DNA of 64,000 bases, taken from positions 12,694,142 through 12,758,141 of the forward strand of contig NC_057755.1 in the NCBI RefSeq assembly GCF_004010195.1. The letters are read 5' to 3'. The notes under the pieces were generated by a model. That model did no database searches, was not told the DNA's origin, and was given only the letters and a program-made list of their open reading frames with translations. The stretch is from Chiloscyllium plagiosum (lineage: Eukaryota). The position numbers and the translations under genes are program-made. Of this stretch, positions 13,520 through 26,514 are shown piece after piece. The first letter of the stretch is position 1, and each line of letters starts with the position of its first letter.

Positions 13520-15900
13520 GCAAAGAACAAAGAAAATTACAGCACAGGAACAGGCCCTTCAGCCCTCCACGCCTGTGCTGATCCAGATCCTCTATCTAAA
13601 CCTGTAACCTATTTTCTAAGGATCTGTATCTCTCTGCTCCCTGACCATTCATATATCTGTCTAGATGTATCTTAAATGATGCTATCATGCCCGCCTCTAC
13701 CACCTCGCCTAGCAAAGCTTTTCAGGCACCCACTACCCCCTGCATAAAGAATTTTCCATATCTCCCCTAAACTTCTCCCCTCTCACCTTAACTCATGTCC
13801 TCTAGTAATTGAGTCCCCCACTCTGGGGGAAAAGGCTTCTTGCTATCTACCCTCTCTACACCTCTCATGATTTTGTGGACCTCAATCAGGATCCCCCCCT
13901 CAACTTTCGTCTTTCTAATGAAAATAATCCTAATCTACTCAACCTGTCTTTGTAGCTGGCACCCTCCATACCAGGCAACATTCTGGTGAATCTCCTCTCT
14001 AAAGCATCCACGTCCTTTTGGTAATGTGGCAACCAGAACTATACAGAATATTTCAAATGTGGCCAAACCCAAGCCCTATGCAACTGTAATGTGACCTGCC
14101 AACTCTTGTACTCAGTACCCCGTCTGATGAAGGAAAGCATGCTGTATGCCTTCTTGATCACTATCAACCTGCATTGTCACCTTCAGGGTACAATGGACCT
14201 GAACCCCTAGATCTATAGTTCATTATTGAATTGGATCTTCCAAAATGCATCACCTCGCATTTGCCTGGATTGAACTCCATCTGCTGTATCTCTGCCCAAC
14301 TCTCCAATCTATCCAGATTCTGCTGTATTCTCTGACAGTTCCCTTCACTATCTGCTACTCCACCAATCTTAGTGTAATCTGAAAACTTGCTAATCAGACC
14401 ACCTACACCTTCCTCCAGATCTTTTATATATATGTCACAGTTCTCCATTTTGAGAAACTCCCTTCCACTACTACTCTCTGTCTCCTGTTGCCCAGCCAGT
14501 TCTTTATCCATCTAGCTAGTACACCCTGGACTCCATGCAACTTCACCTTCTCCATCAGCCCACCATGGAGAACTTTATCAAACGCCTTACTGAAATCCAT
14601 GAATATGATATCTACAGCCTGTCCCTAATCAATCAACGTTGTCACTTCCTCAAAGAATTCTATTAAGTTAGTAAGACATGACCTTTCCTGTACAAAACCA
14701 TCTGATAAGCCCATTTTCTTCCAAATGGAAATAGATGCTATCCTTCTGTAGCTTCTCCAGCAGCTTCCATACTACTGACGTCAGGCTCACCAGTCTATAA
14801 TTAAACAAAGGGACAACATTAGCAATTCTCCAGTCCTCCGGGACCACACCCATGTTCAAGGGTGCTGCAAAGATATGTTAAGACCCCAGCTATTTCCTCT
14901 CGATCTTCCCTCAGTAACCTGAGATAGAACCCATCCGGACCAGGGGACTTGTACACCTGGAGACTTGGGGACTTTTGGTTGATTGAGTCTCTACCTACAA
15001 AGCTACCCTAAATCTATATTAATTTCACTTTCAAGCTGTAGGCCAATGATCTTGAATGTTATGACAGTTCAAGTGTTGATCCAAGTACTTTCTTTTAAGC
15101 AATGAAGTTTCCACTTCAATTTATCCCACAGGCATTGCACTCCAGGCCCCACCACCCTCCGGGTGAAAAAATGTTTCTTCAATTCCACTCTCAACATCTT
15201 GCCTGTCACCTTAAAATTATGCTTCTTTCAACTAAGGGGAGCAAATGCTTTCTATTCACTCTGTCCATGACTCAATCTTATATACCTCTATCAAGATACT
15301 CCCTCAACCTTCTCTGCTCCAAGGAAAAATAACCAGAAAAAGGATATATCCAGTTTTTGTTCATAACTAATGTGCTGTAATTGAGGCAATATTCTGGTGA
15401 ATCTCCTCTGCACCTTCTCCAGTACAATCACATCCTTCATATAGCGTGGATATCACAACTGCACACAGTACTCCACCTGTGTCCCATCCAAAGTCCTATA
15501 CAACTCCAATATAACCACCCTACTGTTAGAATCTGTGCTTTGACTGGTAAAGTTAAATGTCCCATGTAAATTTTTAACTACTTAATTAACCTACCTCACC
15601 ACCCTCGGGGATCTGTGGACAAGCACTCCAAGATCCTGCTGTTTCTCTGAGCTTCCTAATATCTTCCCATTCTTCGAGTACTCCCTTGTCTTGTTACTAC
15701 TCCCAAAGTGCATCACCTTTCACGCATCAGTATTCCATCTGATTAATCCATCTAAACCTGTAACCCTAGATATTCCTTCTCACTGTCAACCACCCAACCA
15801 ATCCTCATACCATGTGCAAAGGTACTTATCAATCTTCCCCCCCACCCCCAACATTCTCATCTACATTGTTTATAGGTATCACAAACATTAAAGGACCCAA
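13520..15900 (-). mobile_element. Two CR1-like LINE fragments (RT to 3' end)
   Basis: Peptides VPEDWRIANVVPLF, ISKFSDYTKIGG and MEFNPGKCEVMHFGR (ORFs 14668..14859, 14164..14511). Confidence 0.8.
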
Positions 15901-16731
15901 CATTTATCTTTTTGTCTTAAAATAAATAATTTTCATTGGTCAATTTTAATGGACCTCTTGTCTCATTCATCAAAGCTGCTCACTGATAAAAGATTTCCTT
16001 CAAGCTATAAGACTTCCCCCAAACCAAAAAAAATACAGAATTTTCTCAATGAAGCCCAATGCTGTCCAGATCTCTCAACCCTGTTGTGTAAATAGACTGT
16101 TATGTTACCACTAGTTTTCTGATAGTTACCTTAGATCTAGTTACTACTATTGTGCTGCTAGGAAGTTTCTCCTTCCTTACTATCTCAAAATGAGTCATGA
16201 TCTTGGAACATCTTGATCAAATCTCCTCTTCATCTTTCTCTAGCCTAAAGAGAACAGCTTCAGTCTCCCAATAACCAAACTCCTTCACTCTAGGAAATCA
16301 TTTTTGTACCACGTCCTAGCACTTTCACATCCTCGTTCTAATTTTGTATCGAAAACTGAATTTAGGATTGAAAATGGTTCTCAGCTGATGTCTGCCTTTC
16401 TTCTCGAAATGTTTGATATAACTTCTTTACTGGCTCATGCTTCGGTCAATGAAGTGAAGGTGTGAACTTTTGTGGTCTCCTGCAGTGAGTTTAGTGCTGG
16501 AGAGGTAATCTAATCAGGGGAAATGTGCTGGATAGACTGCCTACCACTCTCCCACCTCCACTTGTTTTAAGTTAATTCAGGAAGACCGTCCTCTAGTACT
16601 CTGGGATAATTAAAGCTGTTATTTGGGCAATTAATGCCCAGTCAATAGCCTCCTCCTGCCACTGCCAGGATTAACCCAGTGGTATGCATGCTATGTGGGA
16701 AGCTCAAGCAGCAAACCCAGTCAGGGTTTAT

Positions 16732-16936
16732 ATTAGATTAGATTACATTACAGTGTGGAAACAGGCCCTTCGGCCCAACAAGTCCACACCGACCCGCCGA
16801 AGCGTAACCCACCCATACCCCTACATTTACCCCTTACCTAACACTACGGGCAATTTAGCATGGCCAATTCACCTGTGAACCCGGGTCTCTGGCGCTGTGA
16901 GGCAGCAGCGCTAACCACTGTGCCACCGTGCCGCCC
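16732..16936 (-). mobile_element. HE1/V-SINE-like SINE with the central domain deleted
   Basis: tRNA-like head (gggcggcacggtggcacagtggttagc) joined at about 16875 directly to the LINE-derived tail; (tctaa)n end. Confidence 0.85.
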
Positions 16937-17139
16937 ACACGGTTCCTCTGGCTTCCCCAGGAAGGGGTGGAAACTGGTTTTGTTCAAAGGTTGAGACCAA
17001 ATTCTCTCCTCCCTCTGCCACTCCTACCACTCTTGCTGCTGATCTTGATTCCCATATCCGCGTTCCTACTGTCAGTCACTGGTGCTTAAGTCCCTCCTCA
17101 ATTCGATATCTCAAGTGGATTCATCGAATTTTACAGTAA

Positions 17140-17960
17140 TGAAGGAGGCCATACAATTAATTATGTCTGTACCGGCTCCTGAAAGAGCCACACAGCTAGA
17201 GCCATTTCCAGCTCTATCTCCGGAGCCCTCTAAATTCATCACTTCAAATATATATTCAGCTCTTTTGAAACCTTCTATGGAATCAGCCTCCATCACTTTC
17301 CCAGGCAGCATTTTCTAAATCCTAACAGCTCTCCTCATTATCAATCTTAGCTGTCTTGCTGACAATCTTGCTAATGTGATCCCCTAGTTATTGATATACC
17401 AACTAGTGGAAATGGAATATTTGTCAAACGTATTCATAAATTCAAACATCTCAATGAGGTCACCTCTTAATCTTCTCTGCTTCAAGTAGAATAAACTCTC
17501 TGACCTTTCTTTCATCAAAAATCCCTCATTCCTGGTATCCAGTAAAATTCCTTTGAACTCTCTCTAGAGCTTTTAATGTCCTTCCAGACAGGTGCCCAGA
17601 AGTGAACACAATATTCCAAATATGGTTTGACCAATGATTTGCAGAGTCATAGAGATGTACAGTATGGAAGCAGACCCTTCAGTCCAACAAGTCCATGCCG
17701 ACCAGATATCCCAACCCAATCTGGTCCCACTTGCCAGCACACGGCCCATATCCCTCCAAAATCTTCCCCTATTCAAGTACCCATCCAGATGCCTTTTAAA
17801 TGTTGCAACTGTACTAGCCTCCACCATTTCCTCCGGCTCATTCCATACATGCACCACCCTTTGCGTGACAAAGTTGCCCCTTAGGTCCCTTTTATATCTT
17901 TCCCCTCTCTAAACCTATGCACTCTAGTTCTGGTCTCCCCCAACCTAAGGAAAAGACCTC
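17140..17960 (-). mobile_element. CR1-like LINE 3' ends (old copy plus younger copy)
   Basis: ORFs 17111..17311 and 17573..17857 carry LINE C-terminal peptides. Confidence 0.75.
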
Positions 17961-19880
17961 TTTCAACTGCCCCCTCACCCACAACCTCACCTCTCCTCAT
18001 TAAATCATCTCCCAGACCATCCATAACCTCCTCACCTCAGGGGATTTCCCATTCACAGCCTCAAACCTCATCATCTGCGCACCTTGCACTGCCCAATTCT
18101 ACATCCTACCAAAGATCCACAAACCTGACTTCCTCAATTGACCCATTGTCTCAGCCTGCTCCTGTCCCACTGAACTCATCTCTGCATACCTTGATACAGT
18201 CCTGTTCCCTTGGTCCAGGAACTCCTCACCTACGTTTGCGACACCACCCGTGCCCTTCACCTCCTCCAAGACCTTTGTTTCCCTGGCCCCCATTGCCTCA
18301 TCTTCACTATGGACATCTAGTCCCTATACACATCCATCTGCCATGACGAAAGCCTCCTAGCCCTCCATTTCTTCCTCTCACACCGTCCCAACCAGTATCC
18401 TTCCACTGATACCCTCATCCACCTGAAATGGTTCTCACACCCGATAACTTCTTCCAATCCTCCCACTTCCTCCAAACCAAAGGGGTAGCCATGGGCACCC
18501 ACATGGGCCCCAGTAATGCCTGACTTTTTGTCGGTTATGTGAACAGTCCATTTTCCGCACCTATGTCAGCACCATTTCCCACCTTTTCCTCCGCTACATC
18601 GATGACTGTATCATTGCTACGTCCTACTCCTACAAAGGGGTTGAACAGTTAATCAACTTCACCCTGACCTCAAATCCACCTGAACCACCTCCCTCTCCTT
18701 CCTGGTCCTCTCCATCTCCATGTCTGGCAACTGACTAATCACGGACATCTACTACAAACCCACCGTCTCCCACAGATGCCTGGACTGCACCTTCTCCCAC
18801 CCTGTCTCCTGCAAAAACGCCAACCCTTATTCCCAATTCCTCCGCTGCATCTGTTCCCAAGATGACAAATTCCACCATAGAAAATCCCAGATGGTCTCCT
18901 TCTTCAAAGATTTCAATTTCCCCTCCCATGCGGTGGACAAAGCCTTCCAGCGCATCTCATTCACTTCCCGCATCTCCGACCTCAAACCCTACCCTTCCCA
19001 ATACAAGGACAGAACACCTCTGCTCCTCATCTTCCACCCCACCAGCCTCCGTATACATCATATCATCCTCCACCATTTCGGCCACCTACAAACAGACCCC
19101 ACCACCAGAGATACATTCCCTCCCCGACTCCCTAGTCAGATTTGCGCCCCCCCCCAACCAGCCTTCACCCCACTCCCGGCACCTGACCCTGCCACTGCAG
19201 GAAGTGTAAAACCTGTGCCCACACCTGCCCCCTCACCTCTGTCCAAAGCCCCAAAGGACCCATTCACATCTGACAGAAATTTACCTGTATCTGCACTCAT
19301 GTCATCTACTGTATCCGTTGCACCCGATGTGGTCTCCTCTACATCAGGAGAGAGGAGGCCAACTTGTGGATCATTCCAGAGAATATCTCTGGGACATCAG
19401 CACCAACCAACCCCATCACCCTGTGGCTGAACACTTCACCACCCCACTCCTCCACTACACCAAGGACTGGTTCTGGGCCTCCTCCATCACCAAACCCTAA
19501 CCATCTGACACCTCATCTTCTGCCTTGGGACCCTGAAACCACACGGGATTAATGTGGATTTCACCAGTTTCCTTATTTACCCCCTCCCGCAATCTTATCT
19601 CAGTCCCAAGCCTCCAACTTGGCACCGCCCTCTTGACTTGTCCATCATCTTTCCCATCTATCCCTCTCCAACCTACGACCTTCACCCCCACCTTCATCTA
19701 CCCATTGCATTGTCAGCTACCTTCACCCCATCCCCACACCCCTCCCATTTGTCTGTCAGCTCCCCCCAACCCCCCATGCCACATTCCTGATGAAGGGCTT
19801 CTGCCCAAGACATCGATTCTCCTACTCCTCAGATGCTACCTGGCCTGCTGTGCTCTTCCAGCATCACACTCTTGACATTT
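17960..19880 (+). mobile_element. Penelope-like element (decayed RT, GIY-YIG and terminal repeat)
   Basis: FLQTKGVAMGTHMGP and RYIDD RT motifs; VIYCIRCTRCGLLYI GIY-YIG motif at about 19300-19345; terminal repeat with CTGATGA at 19787 (GAAA mutated). Confidence 0.9.
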
Positions 19881-20240
19881 TATCTACCTGTCCTGTTACC
19901 TGTAGACACACATCAAGATCCATCTGATCCTCGGTGCTTCCTTACCATTCATCATGCATCCCTTTGCCTTGTTATCCTTATCACTATTCACCACCCCATC
20001 AATTCACCACCTCACCATTCATGAACTTACTGATCAACCCTCCTGCAGTTAACTATAAAATAATTAACATATACCACAAGAAGAGAGGGCTCCAACACAA
20101 CTCACTGTGGAACCGCACTGGATACGGACTTCCAGTCACAAAAACACCCCTTGACCAAACCCTCTGCCTTCTGTCTCTCGATTCTGGATCAGTGGTGCTG
20201 GAAGAGCACAGCAGTTCAGGCAGCATCCGAAAAGCTTCGA

Positions 20241-20276
20241 AATCGACGTTTCGGGCAAAAGCCCTTCATCAGGAAT
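20241..20276 (-). ncRNA. Minimal type-I hammerhead ribozyme motif (intact core)
   Basis: Minus strand AUUC-CUGAUGA-A-GGGC-UUUU-GCCC-GAAA-CGUC^GAUU. Confidence 0.75.
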
Positions 20277-20471
20277 AAAGGCAGAGAGCCTGAAGCGTGG
20301 AGAGATAAGCTAGGGGAGGGTGAGGGTGGGGAGAGAGTAGCATAGAGTACAATGGGTGAGTGGGGGAGAAAATGAAGGTGATAGGTCAGGGAGGAGAGGG
20401 TGTATCCACTCCACCCTCTCCTCCCTGACCTATCACCTTCATCTCCTCCCCCACTGACCTATTGTACTCTA

Positions 20472-20903
20472 NNNNNNNNNNNNNNNNNNNNNNNNNNNNN
20501 NNNNNNNNNNNNNNNNNNNNNNNNNNNNNNNNNNNNNNNNNNNNNNNNNNNNNNNNNNNNNNNNNNNNNNNNNNNNNNNNNNNNNNNNNNNNNNNNNNNN
20601 NNNNNNNNNNNNNNNNNNNNNNNNNNNNNNNNNNNNNNNNNNNNNNNNNNNNNNNNNNNNNNNNNNNNNNNNNNNNNNNNNNNNNNNNNNNNNNNNNNNN
20701 NNNNNNNNNNNNNNNNNNNNNNNNNNNNNNNNNNNNNNNNNNNNNNNNNNNNNNNNNNNNNNNNNNNNNNNNNNNNNNNNNNNNNNNNNNNNNNNNNNNN
20801 NNNNNNNNNNNNNNNNNNNNNNNNNNNNNNNNNNNNNNNNNNNNNNNNNNNNNNNNNNNNNNNNNNNNNNNNNNNNNNNNNNNNNNNNNNNNNNNNNNNN
20901 NNN
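20472..20903. other. Assembly gap (N run)
   Basis: Run of n. Confidence 1.
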
Positions 20904-21623
20904 GGTTGGAGGGGTTGAGTCTGAGGGCGGAATTGCGGGATGTGGATGAGATGCGTTGGAGGGCATCTTTGACCACGTGGGAAGGGAAATTGCGGTCTCT
21001 AGAGAAGGAGGCCATCTGGTGTGTTCTATGGTGGAACCGCTCCTCCTGGGAGCAGATACGGCGGAGGAATTGGGAATACGGGATGGCATTTTTGCAAGAG
21101 ATAGGGTGGGAAGAGGTGTCATCCAGGTAGCTGTGGGAGTCGGTGGGTTTGTAGAAAATGTCAGTGTCAAGTCTGTCGTCACTGATGGAGATGGAGAGGT
21201 CCAGGAAGGGGAGCCAGGTGTCGGAGATGGTCCAGGTAAATTTAAGGTCAGGGTGGAATGTGTTGGTGAAGTTGATGAATTGCTCAACCTCCTCGCGGGA
21301 GCACGGGGTGGCGCCAATGCAGTCATCAATGTAGCGGAGGAAGAGGTGGGGAGTGGTGCCGGTGTAATTACGGAAGATCAACTGCTCTACGTAGCCAGCA
21401 AAGAGACAGGCATAGCTGGGGCCCATACGTGTGCCCATGGCTACCCCTTTGGTCTGGAGGAAGTGGGAGGATTCAAAGGAGAAATTGTTAAGGGTGAGGA
21501 CCAGTTCGGCCAAACGAATGAGAGTGTTGGTGGAGGGGTACTATTGGGAACGTCTGGAGAGGAAAAAATGGAGGGCTTGGAGGCCCTGGTCATGGCGGAT
21601 GGAGAAATTGTTAAGGGTGAGGA

Positions 21624-22590
21624 CCTTCTGTCTCTCGGCCAATTCTGGATCCAATTAGCCAAACTTCCTTGGATCCCATGGGCTCTTATTTTTGCTGCCA
21701 GTCTCCTATGTGGGACCTTATCAAAAGCTTTGTTAAAGTCAAAGTAGACAGCATCAAAAGTAATGTCCTCATCTACATACCTGGTCGCCTGTTCAAAACA
21801 TTCAATCAAGTTGGTCAGACACAACCTCTCCTTAACAAAACCACGTTGACTGTTCTTGATTAATCCCTGCCTCTTTAAGTACAAATTTATTCTGTCCTTT
21901 AGAATTACTTCCAATGGTTTACACCACTAAGGTTAGACTGACTGGCTGGTAGTTTCCTGCATTAGAACATGGAACATAGAACAGCACAGCACAGTGTAGG
22001 CCCTTTGGCCCCCAATGTTGTGCCGACTTTTTATCCAACTCTAAGGTCAAACTAACCTACATACCATTCATTTCACTATCATCCATGTGCCTATCCAAGG
22101 GTAGCTTAAATGTCCCTAATGTATCTGACTCTCGTACCACTGCTGGCAGTGCATTCCATGCACCCACCACTCTCTGTATAAAGAACTCTGTGTAAAGACT
22201 CTCTGATGTCTCCCCTAAACCTTTGTCCAATAACATTAAAATTATGTCCCCCGTGATAGCCATTTCCACCCTTGGAAAATGTCTCTGGCTATTTGCTCTA
22301 TCTATGCCTCTCGTCATCATGTCCACTTCTGACAAGTCACCTCTCATCCTTCTTCGCTCCAATGAGAAAAGCCCCAGTTCCCTCAACCTTCCTCCAGTCC
22401 AGGCAGCATCCTGGTAAATCTACTCTGCACCCTCACTAAAGCTTCCACATCCTTCCTATAATGAGATGACCAGAACTGAACACAATATTCCAAATGTGGT
22501 CTAACCACAGCTTTATAGAGTCACAGCAAAACCTCTTGGCTCTTAAACTCAATCACCCTGTTAATGAAAGCCAAAACACTCTTCTCCTTT
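21624..22590 (-). mobile_element. CR1-like LINE fragments (RT segment, then a separate 3' end)
   Basis: DFNKAFDKVPH (ORF 21441..21914); LFSLERRRMRGDL (ORF 22057..22386). Confidence 0.85.
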
Positions 22591-22591
22591 T

Positions 22592-22838
22592 CACTCCCCC
22601 TCACTGTTTTGATCACACAGCACTGCCCTTTGATGTGAAGGGCAGTGTTTGTCACTGGCCACCCGGGTGTTTTCCTATCTTCCTGGTGGTGGAAATTGAA
22701 TAAAGATTCATGCACTTTGTGTCTTTCACTGTGTCTCACACCTGCACACACACACACCATGGGTGCTGGGGAAAAATAAGCACTACCACACTTAGGTGGT
22801 AGTGTGGGGGTTAAATTTAAAAAAAAGAAAAAAAAATA
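22592..22838 (+). mobile_element. Poly(A)-tailed retroposed fragment (possibly an L1/Tx1-type 3' UTR)
   Basis: A-rich tail at about 22819-22836, internal AATAAA, TSD ctcctttt at 22584-22591 and 22839-22846; interrupts a CR1 fragment. Confidence 0.65.
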
Positions 22839-22879
22839 CTCCTTTTAACAACTCTTTCAACTTGCGTGGAACTTGTTGT

Positions 22880-23340
22880 TGTGAAACTTGAAAGGGTTCA
22901 GAAAAGATTTACAAGGATGTTGCTAGGGTTGGAGGATTTGAGCTATAGGGAGAGGCTGAACAGGCAGGGGCTGTTTTCCCTGGAGTATCGGAGGCTGAGG
23001 GGTGACCTTATAGAGGTTTATAAAGTCATGAGTGGCATGGATAGGATAAATAGACTGGGGTGGGGGAGTCCAGAACTAGAGGGCATAGGTTTAGGGTGAG
23101 AGGGGAAAGATATAAAAGAGACCTGATGGGCAACGTTTTCACGCAGAGGGTGGTACGTGTATGGAATGAGCTGCCAGAGGATGTGGTGGAGGCTGGTACA
23201 ATTGCAACATTTAAAGGCATTTGGATGTGTATATGAATAGGAAGGGTTTGGAGGGATATGGGCCGGGTTTGGGATATCTGGTCAGCATGGACCGGTTAGA
23301 CAGAAGGGTCTGTTTCCATGCTGTACATCTCTATAATTCT
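22880..23340 (+). mobile_element. CR1/HER1-like LINE 3' end
   Basis: KLERVQKRFTRML...LFSLEYRRLRGDLIEVYK (ORF 22866..23099). Confidence 0.85.
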
Positions 23341-23344
23341 AATC

Positions 23345-25330
23345 AGGAGTGTGAGGCATGACCTGCCCCTCACTTAGCCATGGTGACTATCTCTAATCAA
23401 GTTATGCTCTTCCAAATAATTATAAATCCTGCCTCTCAGAATCCTCTCCAATAAGTTGCCCATCACTGATATAAAACTGGTCCGTAATTCCCAGGTTTTT
23501 CCCTAATCCCTTTCTTGAACAAGGGAATAGTATTTGCCACCCTCCAATGATCTGGTACTACTCCAGTGGACACAAAGATCATCACCAAAGGCGCAGCACT
23601 GTCTTCACTTGCTTCCCATAGTAACTTTGGGTATATCTCGTCTGATCCAGGGGACTTATCATGTTTTCAAAATTTCCAGCACACCCTCCTTCTTAACATC
23701 AACCTGTTCGATCATATCCATCTGTTTCATGTTGTCCTCTTACTAATGAATACCGAAACAAAGTATTTATTAAGGGCCTCCCCTACCTCTTCTGTTTCCA
23801 GGCTCAAGTTCCCTCCACCATCCCTGATTAGTCCTACCCTCTTTCTGGCCATCCTCTTGTTCCTCATATACGTGTAGAACACTTTGGGTTATCCTTAATC
23901 CCACCGACCAAGGACCTCTCCTAAGTCTATTCTTCAGTTTTTTTTTAGATTAGATTAGATTACAGTGTGGAAACAGGCCCTTCGGCCCAACAAGTCCGCA
24001 CCGACCCGCCGAAGCGAAACCCACCCATACCCCTACATTTACCCCTTACCTAACACTACGGGCAATGTTTAGCATGGCCAATTCACCTGACCCTGCACAT
24101 CTTTTTTGGACTGTGGGAGGAAAGCGGAGCACCCGGAGGAAACCCACGCAGACACGGGGAGAACATGCAAACTCCACACAGTCAGTCGCCTGAGGCGGGA
24201 ATTGAACCCGGGTCTCAGGCGCTGTGAGGCAGCAGTGCTAACCACTGTGCCACCGTGCCGTTCCTTTCTGGCTACCTTGTAACCTCTAGACGTCTGTCTG
24301 ATCCTTGCTTCCTCTTCCTCTTGACTAGATACTCCACATCTTTTATCATCCAAAGTTCCTTCACTCACAGCCAGTGCTCCCTAAACAACCTCCACATTTC
24401 TGTCATGCATTTCCCTGAGAATATCTGTTCCCAATTTCTGCCCCACAATTCCTGCCTAATAGCATTTTAATTCCCCTTCCCCATTTAAATACTTCCCCAT
24501 ACTGTCTGCTCCTATCCTTCCCCATGACCATAGTAAAGGTCAGGAAGTTGTGATCACTATCACCGAAATGCTCTCCCACCAAGAGATCTGACACTTCACC
24601 TGGTTCGTTGCCAAGCGCCAAATCCAATATGGCCTCCTCCCTATTAGGCCTATCCCTGTGTGTGTGTGTCCACCCCTCTAGTTGGCCTATCTACATATTA
24701 AGTCACAAATCCTTCCTGGACTCACCTGACAATATCTGCTGCATCCAAACTATTTACACTGAGGAGGTTCCAATCAATATTAGGGAAGTTGAAGTCACCT
24801 ATGACAACAACCTTGTTACTTCTCCACTTTTCCAAAATCTGTCTCCCAATCTGCTTCACCGTGTCTCTCTTGCTATTGGGGGCTGATAGAAAATTCCCAA
24901 TAACATGACTGCTCCTTGCCTGTTTCTGACTTTCACCTATAATGACTCAGTAGACAAACTCTCCTCAATGACCTCTTTAATAATGGCACCACATTGGCTG
25001 ATCTCCAGTACTCTGGCACTTTTCCTGTGTCAGGGGAGGAACTGAAAATTTTTCTAAACCTGGTTCTCCCTTGCCTCCCTTGCCTCATTGAACAATCTGG
25101 GATATATTTCATCCAGCCTGGAGACTGTCTACTTCTAAGCCTGCCAGATCACTAAGAGCCTCCTCGCTGTGATGCTAACTTCTTTAACTTCTCTGGTGGG
25201 ACCTTCTACGTACTGACTTAAAGAGCTCTTCTGGATGCACTTTTAAGAATTCTGTTCTCTCTAAACCTTTCACGCTATTTACTGCTCCAGTTAATGTTTG
25301 CAAGTTGAAATCTGTCACTATTGCAACCCT
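23345..25330 (-). mobile_element. Decayed CR1-like LINE ORF2 (EN-RT) interrupted by a SINE
   Basis: DLALGNEPGEV...EHFGDSDHN endonuclease motif (ORF 24403..24627). Confidence 0.75.
23946..24260 (-). mobile_element. HE1/V-SINE-like SINE
   Basis: tRNA head, V-domain (gtttcctccgggtgctccg) and LINE-like tail with (tctaa)n. Confidence 0.9.
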
Positions 25331-26514
25331 ATTTCAGATTTATTGGAGTTCTAAGATTAGAAATGACTTTCCTATGAATTAAGAATTTAAAATTAGGATT
25401 CATCCTTTCACAAGAGAGAGAGAATTATTAAACATGCCTGAACATACTTGAGTGCTCTAAACCATCAACATTCAGTGGTGTAGCTTATTTGTAATGGAGT
25501 TATCATGCTTAAGTTCTGTAGCTTTCTACTCAATGATATAAAGTAAGTGCTACTTTAAATGTTTATTTCTTACTGTGATATTATTTAGACTTAAAAGCTG
25601 ACTTCTCTTATTTGAAACAAGATTATACTTGGTTTTCCTATTATTGTTACTGCCACAATTGCCTTTCCCATTAAATGTGTATTGCATGCTGATTGTTTAA
25701 ACAACTTTAATATAATTGAGAAAATGTATAAAATGTATTATCTCTAATATACATAAGACTTGTATAGTTTTCTGCATCCAAATTCGAGAACCTGTCTGTT
25801 GTCTTTGTTTCTGTGAGATGATATATTACTAAGGAGATCCCTAGGTCGATTTAAAATCCAGGTTGTAATAAACTGGCAAAAATTAATGAAACAGGCAATC
25901 TGAAAGAACATTGTATTCTCAGCTAGTTCCTTGCCTTCACGATGAGTTGTGTAACCTTCTCAGACCGAGCTGGTAATCTGAAGTTGATCATCTGAGGCAT
26001 ACACCTGATCCAGGGTTGTCCCAAGAATGGTTTAGGATTATTATTCTGTTCAAGGAATCTTTACTGTGTGTCTAACTTGTGCTGTACCTCCCCTGGGAGT
26101 GTTTCATGAAAAAAGTATAAAGAATAATTCAGGGATACAAAATTCACAAAATTAAGAATATAATCAATCAGTTTGTGATTAAAGCAGTGAAAGGCACCAG
26201 AACCTGTTCCATTTGCTAATCTTTCCATTGAGTAAATGACTTTCAATAGCTTTGCTTTGTAATCAGAAACACAAAGCACTCCATTATATCAGATATGAAA
26301 AGATTAACTTTCCACTCTATAGCTGCTAAGTAGAGGGGTCAAGGGCATGATTTGTTTTCGACGTTAATGTGATTTTAATCCAGCTTTGTTTGATGAAGCG
26401 GCTGATTATTAGGTTAGGAGCACTGGCAGCTGGCACGGATTGAACAAGTTATCAAATGAGCTAGTGTTTTGGACAATTCCACCCACTACCCACAGCCTCA
26501 AGCTACAGCCAACC

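Larger units (their letters stand above)
20181..21623 (-). mobile_element. Young 5'-truncated Penelope-like element spanning an N-gap, inserted in a CR1 LINE
   Basis: Open RT frame (ORF 20386..21513: QTKGVAMGTRMGPSYA...RYIDD...LPFLD...YKPTD); TSD ccttctgtctctcg at 20167-20180 and 21624-21637. Confidence 0.9.

Noticed and set aside
19787..19815. Functional hammerheads at 19787, 29807, 60652 and 8269
   Set aside because: The GAAA core or the stem III C-G pair is mutated, so they are counted only as relics.
20386..21513. Long ORFs of 172-375 aa around 20400-21500 and 54785-55360
   Set aside because: Lengths are inflated by N-gaps; the only meaningful part is PLE reverse transcriptase.
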